Assembly (NCBI GenBank): GCA_001179505.1
Contig: CDMY01000321.1
Coordinates: 58,687-122,686, forward strand
DNA: 64,000 nt
Origin: Vitrella brassicaformis CCMP3155
Lineage: Eukaryota; Protista; Chromerida
Direction of reading: 5' to 3'
The first letter of the stretch is position 1. The number at the start of each line of letters is the position of its first letter. Shown here one piece after another: positions 47,884 to 57,521 of the stretch. Both the position numbers and the translations under genes were made by a program. The notes beneath the pieces were generated by a model that was not told the origin of the DNA, did not search any database, and saw only the letters and a list, made by a program, of their open reading frames with translations.

Positions 47884-50340
47884 ATGTACGCCCTCCGCGT
47901 CAGTGCAAGACCGCTCTACCGCCTCACCAGCTGCCCTGTATGTGGGCCACTCTCGGTTGAGCCTGGCTCCCTTCCCTACCCCGTCGCACTGCAAGAGGCC
48001 GACAACTTCTGCCCGAATCGGCGTGGCGATTGGTGCCTAAAACGTCAGCCATCACTGACACGTACGAAGAGGAGCTGCGATGGTCGGTTGTGTTGGGCTG
48101 GCTTGCATGTTCTGTGTGCTTGCTACCAGCTGTTGACGACACCACGTACTGCCCGCCGTGTACTTCTCGACCGATTGAGTTCGATGGGAGCGTATACGAC
48201 CCGGTGACGCCATATGCCGGTTAGAAGATGTTTGGTATGATTGTTGGTGAGCTGCCTTGGGCGTCGTCATCTTTCTGGCCGCCAGTGACAGGCGGAAGCT
48301 GCTGGTGGCTGGTGCGCCAGGATGGACTCATCGGTACGAAAGAGCCGACGAGAACGGACGAGTGTATTTCAGCGTCTTCGTGTCTTGCCATGCAGGCGCA
48401 CCACTATCTGTTCGAGTATTGGCCCGACGGCAATAGCACTGTACATTTCGACGCGCCCTACTGGGCACAGATCACTGTCGGTGACGATCCCGAGCTTCCG
48501 CCTTAGTTGTTTATCGCTAGGGTCCCAGGCAACGAAAAGGTGGGCCGCAGATGCAGATACACGCAAGACACACACACAGAGGAGAATACACACACACACA
48601 CACACAGACACGACACACAGAGGTGTGAAGTTGGATCTGTATGTGTCGTGTTTTGTGCGTGCAGTTCTGGTGTGTGAGCCCAGATCAAAAGTGGTCCTGC
48701 TGTGAATTTCGCCCAGCCCCTCCCCTCGCTCCCCATCCCCGCCCCGCAGGAGCCCGCATCGCAACAGCACAGAAGAGAGCCGTTTGGGAGAGGGGGAAAC
48801 GGGTGCTGCGGCTGCTGCAGCGGCTGCTGCCGCCGGTGGACAGGAAGACGCTGAAGACGAGAAGGGCGGGCCGGTGCTGGAGGACAGAGAGGGGGTGCGG
48901 GTGGCAACGAGAGCCAGCTGGGTGGCGGTAGCAGTGTTGGAGTGCCCGAGGTCACGCTGCCCGACAGCCCGGGCGGCACAGATGGTTCTGAGGGGGACGG
49001 TGAGGAGGCCAAGGGGTCACGACCTGGACCTCCGTGCCCTCTTTGAGGATGGACATGGTTTTCGGACCCCAACGCAGCATCTCGCGGGCAACGGATCTGA
49101 CCCCCCTTGCCTCACACCCCCACACCGCGTCGCCCTCGCGGCGGCAACCACACGCCTGTAGTGTTTGACGAGGAGGACGACGATGACGAGAAGATGACGA
49201 AGAAGAAGGCGGGGACGACGAGGAGAAGGCCGAGGAGCCTGAGACCCTCCAGGTCGCTTCAGTCGTCTACGCCTGTGTCGCCAGGGAGCTGCTGCACACT
49301 TCACAGAAGCCGCTCTTCTGCCTGGTGGGGGAGATGGTCCGCTGGACGGCAACCCAGGAAGTCCTGAGTCGCGTCCTGCAGACGGCAATGGCGTCACTGG
49401 TGCAGCAGTCCGTCACCATGTCACGGCAGGGAGGCAGCGGCATCGCACTGGACGAGACACGGGGTGAGGCCGCGGAGACACGGGAGGAGGAGCACGTCAT
49501 GCACAGGTAGCGGGACAGTGCGTACGGCATGCATTGTGACTGAATGGTTGGACAGTCATTAACAGGTACGCGGGTACGCGGGCGTGGTCAGGTAAGGCGG
49601 TTATAGATACAGGTGAATGGAGATCCCCACTGACGTGGCAATGGGCATACGTCCATAGTGCCATCGATATCGTCTGGTCGGCAGGAAGATGTGTGTATAT
49701 CAAGTGGCATGCGTGCATCGGTTCTCCCTGCTGTGTGTCCATAATATGCCTGCAGGTGGTCTTGGGTTCACGACTCTCGCAGTAGAGGAATTCGTCAGCA
49801 CACCAATCACATACTCATCCCCTTCTCGTCTGATACTTGCTCTCTTGTTGTCTCGCAGTCTGTCAGTTTCCTATCGCAAATGAATTGCTGCTTACATTTT
49901 ATATTTGTGGACATTGCTCAAGCTTTCGAAACGTTCTCCTTTACGTACGCCAATGAGAGACATGTGTGTGCGGTGGATGCGGGCCACTTCACCCTTTTTG
50001 TTCACTCAGAGGGTCGCTCATGGAGGTGCTGGACCTGAAGAGGCCACCGCCAGGGAGTGTTGCTGCTGGGGCTCGAGAAAGAGATGGAACACACATCACG
50101 CACGCACGTGTCCATATGTCATGCATGACATTTCCCTCCCCGCCTTTGTGGATTCGTGTGTGTCTTCAGTGTGTTTGTTGGTCGCGCCAAGCAGGACCAG
50201 ACCCGAGGCGGCCACGAGCCCGACGAGTGGTACGTCGCTCACGAAGACCTCAGCTGTCCGTTCCTTCTTGCATGCATGGCGATGGTGTGCTCCTTCCTGC
50301 GTTTGTGTGTGCGCTTCAGGTTCACCAACTTCCCCAAGGC
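47884..50340 (+). CDS. Poorly resolved, possibly degraded multi-exon gene
   Basis: Coding-like acidic and Gly-rich stretches (DEEDDDDEK, GQEDAEDEK) in shifting frames. No continuous model could be built. Runs into a gap. Confidence 0.3.
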
Positions 50341-50640
50341 NNNNNNNNNNNNNNNNNNNNNNNNNNNNNNNNNNNNNNNNNNNNNNNNNNNNNNNNNNNN
50401 NNNNNNNNNNNNNNNNNNNNNNNNNNNNNNNNNNNNNNNNNNNNNNNNNNNNNNNNNNNNNNNNNNNNNNNNNNNNNNNNNNNNNNNNNNNNNNNNNNNN
50501 NNNNNNNNNNNNNNNNNNNNNNNNNNNNNNNNNNNNNNNNNNNNNNNNNNNNNNNNNNNNNNNNNNNNNNNNNNNNNNNNNNNNNNNNNNNNNNNNNNNN
50601 NNNNNNNNNNNNNNNNNNNNNNNNNNNNNNNNNNNNNNNN
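50341..50640. other. Assembly gap (300 N placeholder)
   Basis: Run of N. Confidence 1.
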
Positions 50641-50848
50641 GCAAAGGCGACTGCCTGGCCGGTCCAGGACCTCTCTGCAGCACCGTCTGGACGAAGCGCC
50701 CGTTGGGCGGCGTGACCGGCATTGGCGGCCTTCCGAACTGTGGCAGAGGACCGGCGGGGCCCACATAAGGCCGCTGATGGGGTAGTGGGGCGGTCTTGCA
50801 CTGGAATGAGCCGACTGACGGGGGAGGAGGGGGTGGAACTGGGAACAT
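50641..50848 (-). CDS. Alveolin-like gene copy 3 (start of exon 1 only)
   Basis: 50641-51072 is homologous to 47303-47720. ATG at 50848 (MFPVPPPPPP). Confidence 0.6.
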
Positions 50849-50980
50849 GGTGCAAAAACACGGCAAAAGACTCTGCAGCTCCCGCAATTAGCAGGTACAA
50901 GGGCGAGAGGCGATGATTCTTCTCGCTCGAAACGATTCTTCTCGCGAAAAGGCGACTTGGGGGCAAGGCGATCGCCCCCT

Positions 50981-50988
50981 TGCGAGCT
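50981..50988 (+). promoter_or_regulatory. TGCGAGCT motif in alveolin-like copy 3 / PPR divergent spacer
   Basis: Exact octamer. Confidence 0.55.
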
Positions 50989-51012
50989 TAGTTCCAGAAG
51001 ATCCTGCAAAGC

Positions 51013-51822
51013 ATGCGAGTGGATCTATCGGTGGCAGCTGCTATCAGCGCGGCACCACTTCCTCATCCCATATCCTTCCTCCCCCTGCCACCTCTCTCGC
51101 CTCGGTTCCGCAGATCTGCGCCACTCGTTGTCCGTCCTTCCCGTCGCTCAGAAGATCCAGATGTGCTGCAGGAGTGGCCAAGAGGCGACTTTGATGGGCC
51201 GAGAGAGGGTAGATCTGCCGATGCGGCACGTGACTGGCCGAGGAGCAGCTCGACAGGGCGGCAAAGGCGCAGGAGCGATGATACAACTATTGCGACAGGG
51301 AGGGGCGAGCAGGAGAGGCTGAAGCGCTACACGGCCAGAAGGAAGCAGAGGGGCAAGAAGGCGTATGCAAGCGAGGGAGAGCGGCTGAAGTCACTGTTCT
51401 TCAGCAACCTCAAGACGGTGGGCAGCACAGCACAGCCAATTGAGGTATACATTCCAATCACTCTGTCTCTCGCATCACCCACTCACTCATTCGGCATCAA
51501 TTGCTCTGCTCCACTGTATGCAATGCAGGCAATGGCCCGGAAGTCACTGGGTCCTCGCATCATCCTGAAGCACGTTGACGACATCCTGAAGCTCTCGGAT
51601 GCGTCCCTTTCGGCCAAGGACTTCACGGTGTTGATGAAGGCGTGTGAGGCGGCAGGCAGGGGCGACAGGGTGGTGTCACTGCTGGACGAGATGGATGCCA
51701 GGGGTGTCCAGAGAGATGCCATCGTGAGCAACGCCGCTGCACGCATCTTGTCGACGGCCAACTGTGCAAAGGAGGCCGGGAGGGTCATGGACGTAAGTAA
51801 AGTGGAATGGGTGGACTGACTT

Positions 51823-51857
<35 letters not shown>

Positions 51858-52984
51858 CTGGGCAGCGTATGCGTGAGGACAGCGTCGCCAAGCTCCCCTC
51901 TGCATACAGCCATCTGTTCAAGGCTGCGCAGACCGGCAGACAGGCGGTGAGTGACTTAGTGACTTAGTCAGGGGATCTCTGTTTTTTCTTCATTCCTTTG
52001 TCTGTCTGCTGCTTCTTTCAGCGGCAGGTGTTGGATTTGATGGCTTCAGAGGGCGTGCATCTAGATGTGTTCTCCTACACCGCTGCAATCAGCGCATGCG
52101 CGCACACCAAGGACGTACGTTACGTCAGCCAATGAGACAGACAGGCTCCCTGCAACGAAGTGTCTGGCTGCATGTGTCTTCCTTTCTGCCCCTTTCCAGG
52201 TGAGCACGGCCCTCGATCTGCTTGGAGAGATGGAATCAAAGGGCATGCCGCCATCGGCTGCCACGTGCACAGCTGCTCTCAGCGTGTGTGCGAGAGCCGG
52301 CCAGTGGCAGGAAGCCATTCATCTGCTCCACCGCTTCCAGGATACGGCCGACGTCCGCACCTACACCGCTGCCATTTCCGCGTGTGGCATCGCGGGGCAG
52401 TGGGAGGTAACTGAGACGAGCGTGGCCATTCCCTCCATCCATGTTCATTCAGGGTGCATCCATCGCGTATGTGGGGTGTGTGTTTGGTGCAGGAGGCCCT
52501 GAATCTGATGGATGACATGCGCGACGAAGGCGTTGCTCCCAACGTGTGGACGTACACAGAGGCAATGAGGGCGTGCATCAAGGGAGGTGTGGCAGAGGAG
52601 GCCATCCAGCTCTTCGACAAGATGACAAACCAGAAACAGGCGAGAGCAAATGGTCTTCCCACCGGAAGTGTAAGTGTGTCGTGTCCGCTACTATCCATCA
52701 GAATGAGCCGAGCACGATATGCTACAGTGTAGCGCTGCGTGCCTGTGAGCAGGCCAAGGCAACCAACAAGGCCAGGGATATCTTCAAGGTGAGCGAGACA
52801 ATCACGCAAGGGAGAGAGAGATATCACGAGCACGTGTCTATGGGGTTTCGTCTGTCAGCGGTTGAGTCGTTCGCAAGTCGAGGAGCTGCCTCCGAAGGTG
52901 CGGTCGTGGCTGCTGGCCCTTGTGGAGAAAGATGAGCGGCGCGACATGAAAGTCGTGTACGAGAGGGGTGTGGAGCACGTGTGA
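51013..52984 (+). CDS. Pentatricopeptide repeat (PPR) protein, probably organelle-targeted
   Basis: About 35-aa repeats: FTVLMKACEAAGRGDRVVSLLDEM, VFSYTAAISACA, ATCTAALSVCARAGQWQEAIHLL, VRTYTAAISACGIAGQWEEALNLM, VWTYTEAMRACIKGG, ICYSVALRACE. R/S/P-rich N-terminus. Confidence 0.9.
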
Positions 52985-53327
52985 CGGACAAGACGCGGGA
53001 GGAGAGTGGCGATTAGGGGGGTGAGTGATGGATAGGGGATTTGGTGAGAGTGAGAGTGAGAGGATTGTGATGCAGTGGGGCACCATTTGTGTGACATGCG
53101 GGTGTGATGAGAATGACATATTGATATTGATTGCGCAGGGGATGTTCGGTTCATCGATGCATCCAGATGTAGCTAATATGCATATATGTACACGGCTTCA
53201 AGCAGACAAACAAGCGACACTCACACGCGTCGTCCAAGATACAGCCAGCGCACAAGCTAACATCACATCAAGCAACTCATCATCAAAGAAAAGCCTATGG
53301 TGTCCGCTTGCACAGTGACTTGATCCA

Positions 53328-54536
53328 CTAACGAACACACACAGACACAGAGCACCTTCCACATGGTGAAAGCCATAACCCCTGTCGCCCTGTCGTGTGT
53401 ACCGTGCATGAGTACAATGCCCAAGAAGCCAACAATCCGCACCTCGCTTTCGACTGCGGCAACGTCGCTCGTGGCCGCTGCGGCCTCACCTCTGCTGTCC
53501 AGAACTGGCGGGCAGCAGCACCATTGTCCCAATACAAGCATGCATACGTCTGAAGTGGCGCTGTCGAGCATGCCTCCTCGTCACATAGGAAGACGTGCCA
53601 CAACGTGCCGCTCGACTGCACCCTTGGCACCACGAAGCGGCGGCTGTCGACGGGCGGTGGCCCGAAGGCCAGCTTGCTGATGCGGCACGCATCCTCGCGG
53701 GTCACCAGATGGTCAGGGGACGTCAGATCGGTCGGGAGCGACCTGCGAGCATCAAACACATACCGGGAGTGAATTGACAGGCATGGGTGGATGGAGGTGT
53801 GTGTGTGGATGGTGATGCTGGTTCTCGCCCTGCCTTACTGGTCGATGACTGCATCTCGGAACGACGAATACATCTCCACAATCCCATCGATATGTTGTGT
53901 CGACACATCGCAGGCAGGCTCCGTCACGTCATACGAAGCGCGGAAGCGGAATCTGTCGCGCGCGTGAATCACCAGCCTCTTCTGGCCGAGCATGCCCCGC
54001 CCCTCCTCATCCAGAGGCGTCAGCAGCAGCAGGCAGCCGGCAGGTCCCCGCACCTTGTGGCCAAACAGCATGTACTGCCGCAGGCTCTCCGGCTGCCGAC
54101 GGAAGATGGCCTTGGAGGGCAATTTGCGCAGGTCTGCGGGCGTGATGGTGATGGGAAAGGCCTCGGTGAGAGCGCCCAGCTGCTGCATCACGCGGAGCCG
54201 CCAGATCCATCCCTCCCAGTCGCCGCTCTCCTCCAGCACACACAGGAGCCCCAGCAGATAGCTGACGTGACTCATTTCACAGCGGCCGACGCCGACAAGC
54301 GCCAAGACGCCCTCCAAACGCGTCAATCTGGATGGCTGTCGCTTGATGGCGAAGATGTCGGTGAGGCCGCTGCTTGCGAGCCATCGGTTGATGCGTCGCA
54401 TCAGGAAGGCCACACAGATGAGATCCCTGCCCAGCCGATATGAGCAGCGATAAGCGGAGCAGTCAGATGCCGGCAGCATTCCGCACACGGCCGTGTGGAT
54501 CTCACGCGGGAGCCAATACGGGCTCTTCGCATCCAT
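53328..54536 (-). CDS. Uncharacterised lineage-expanded family protein, copy 2 (3' end approximate)
   Basis: Paralog of 9665-10904. N-terminus WLPREIHTAVCGMLPASD resembles an F-box start. Confidence 0.68.
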
Positions 54537-54594
54537 CGTGGTCGTTCTCGAAGGGCCTTCTCCATCGGCCTCACCATTGCGCCGATTTCACGGA

Positions 54595-54607
54595 ACTTCT
54601 GCGAGCT
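54595..54607 (+). promoter_or_regulatory. ACTTCTGCGAGCT motif in family copy 2 / paralog C divergent spacer
   Basis: 13 nt identical to the 7226-7238 and 25857-25869 cores, in a 98-bp spacer. Confidence 0.6.
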
Positions 54608-54634
54608 CTCGTCTGCTGCTTTCGGGATTTGCTG

Positions 54635-57486
54635 ATGGGGGGTGTTGTTGTGTCATTTGTACTCATTTATTCATGCATCATCGGCCGTGTTCATTCGTAC
54701 ACAACCGGGTGGCCTGAAGGTATGGTGGGCGGGAGAGAGGGCGGGAGAGAGGGCGGGAGAGAGAGGAGCACACATCTGCCCGCCTGCCTTCAGCACCACT
54801 GTCTGCCTGCCTGCCTGCCTGCCTGCGCTCCTTCAGATGTGGAGTGCGCCCCCGACGGCAACCGCGCGAGTCAGATCACTGCACACCCACACAAGCACAT
54901 TATCTGCCACAATGTAGATCTGCCGACAATGTGGGATGGTCTGTGTGTTGGTTTGTTGGCTGCAGACGTCTGCTTCCAGCCAGGCAAGGCGACAGTCCCG
55001 CCTCCGCGAGAGAATGCCAGGTGAGTGGGAGAGAGAGAGATGATCTACATCTCATCTTTCCCTCTCCCTCTGCAGTTGCTACGAGTGGGACTACAACATC
55101 CCCGACAACAACATCAGCGAGCCCATCACCGTCAGCGCCATTGGCGTCACCGACAACGTGTTTGAGATCTCGAGCGTCGCTGTTGACGTCAATGCGCTGG
55201 GCCACATGGTGGCACGACCGTAGTACGAACACAGACAGGCCGACGAGTGACAAACCACCCCGTTCCGGTTCTTTCATTGCTCCAGCGACTGTCAGAGGGG
55301 CTGCCAGGTTTATGACCGGTGCAACGCGTGGACATTCACCAGGCGCGGCGGGTGCTTCTTGAAGTCATCGGACGAGGGCAAGGTGTATCAGCCAGAGGAA
55401 AAGACCGAGAGCGGTATCGAGAACTGGTATGTGTCGGGCGCCAAGTACTCAATGGACTGCACCCCGCAAGGTATGAATGGCGAGTGCACACACACACGCG
55501 ATATGGCCCTCTGTGGTGGTGTGCCTTTCCCTGTTGGCTCAGGTGCATTGGTGAGCCCCTGCTATGAGTATAACGTGAGCGTTGGCCCCCAAAGAGGAGC
55601 CGGACATTCCCTCTGTCAAGGCGTGTGTCCATTGTGTGTGTGCAGATGATGTGTCTGTTTCCGAACAGCCGCCACCACTACCAGGAGGGGGGCGAGGATC
55701 TCACCGTGGAGGAGTGCCATAATCTATGCCGCGAAATACCTGCCTGCATGGCATTCACACATTTCGACCGGTTTCCCCGCAACGGACAAATCGTGAGGAA
55801 CGTCTGCAGGATATGCGGGCAGAAGGATCGCAAGATATGCGCCCCAGGGGCAGTCATGGTAAGCAATACCCAGACATCCACACGTGTGTAATGATGCTCT
55901 CTGTCTGGGCGTCTACTTTTCCCCTTCAACCGTAGGGATGGGTTGAGGTACGGTTGAATGGGGAAAATGGATACTATGACACAGAATGTCATCGTTACAT
56001 GTGGGTGTCTGTCTGTCTGTGTGTGTGACACAGGGCCACGACTGTGGTCCAGTCCCCGGTACCACGTGGCCGCCCCCGCCTGTCCCCCCTCTCAATCGCG
56101 ACGGCCTGCACAACATGCCCGCTGACCCGTCTCTCTATTGGGGGCTGCCCTCAGAGCCGAATGCATTGGCCACAGGCAAGAAAGGGACAGCGGAGGAGCG
56201 TTCATTCCAACGGGGAGACATCGGTGTGCCGCCGTTTCTGACCAAGCCCCTCGATTACTCCGTGCGTGCCAACGATGAGGTTCGTGTGGGGATTGCAAAC
56301 TGCGGATGCTATCAATTCGGCGTACAGCCCGACCCTGAAACGTCCACTGTAGTCGCCAACATCGACCTGTGAGCACACACATAAAGAGGTACATGCCATG
56401 CGATGTGTCTTCATTTCTTCCGTCGTGACTTATTAGGCTGACCTATCCCCCGGCCAGCTGCCAGGAACTGGTAAGGGGATCGGCACACGTCCGCCCGTCC
56501 GTCCATGTGCACAACGCTCCCTCCCTGGCTTGGTGTTGTTCAGTGCGTTGAGGATCCGGAGTGCGAGGCGTTCTCGTCAACAGACTACAAGTGCCTCCTT
56601 TGGAAGAATGTGACTGAGTGGCGGCTCGATCAGGTGGGTCCATAGGCTGGCAACACTTGTCGAGCAGCCTTCCATCCTTGGATGCTTGTATGCCTGCAGG
56701 TGGAGCCGATTATGATCTCAGGACCGCGGCTGTGTCCTACAACGCTCATTGGTATACACGCCCGCCAACGCATCTCTGTGCAGATATATGACTCGATCGG
56801 CGTCGTGTGTGGCTTCGTGTGTGCAGAGCAGGGCTACGCGTGCAGTCTGGACCACTACAGAGCGAAATTCTCGTCGCTGTCGCTGCTCATGCTGCGAATC
56901 CCAAAGATGTCGATGCCCTATGGCGAGAGCTGCCCCACACAGGCACGCGGCGCACACCCCTTTGTGTGCCCGTCGAGAAAACCTCTTTGATCCACCCTCT
57001 GTGTGTGCAGATCAACCCTTATGTGTTTGTCTTCATCATGGCGGCGTGTCTGCTGGTTTTCATGGCGTATGGCTACGCCCGTCACACTCGGAGGCGTCAT
57101 CCCAGCACGGTGGTGTGGCGCGTGGTCATGGCGGCACTCGCTGCAGTCGGCACTATCGCACACGGTGAGTCAGCCAGGCAGGCAGGCATACGAAGGGCTA
57201 CAGGGTGGATCGTTATGCGTCTTCTCTCTCTTTCTGCAGTTGCATTTGTGGTCTCCTTGTTCCGTGGCAATTACATTGGCATACTCTTCTGGGTCGCATG
57301 TGGCCATTTCCTTGCCGTAAGTGACGAACAGTAGTACAGCGAGCTGTTCAGATCAATATTGATGGTACGCGATCAGATGGTGTTGTTCAACGAGGTTATT
57401 GTGGTCATCTACAATGTGTTCTGGGTAAGTGGCTCGGCGGGCGACACAGACAAAGAGACACACGAAGACTAGGCAACGGACGCCTC

Positions 57487-57521
<35 letters not shown>

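Noticed and set aside
24351-50640. Treating the four N-runs as true 300-bp distances
   Set aside because: All four are exactly 300 N, and at least two would need more sequence to complete the adjacent paralogs, so they are placeholders.
34679-54635. Apple-TM genes paired with ARM or F-box-like genes as sensor/helper immune-type pairs
   Set aside because: Head-to-head pairing is the norm across this window and the partners differ for B and C, so there is no specific evidence of functional coupling.
56826-56940. Possible adhesion-GPCR GPS autoproteolysis motif (CSLDHYRAKFSSLSLL) before TM1
   Set aside because: It lacks the canonical C-x-C-x-H-L/T-x-F arrangement and the upstream Trp/Cys; the resemblance is too weak.
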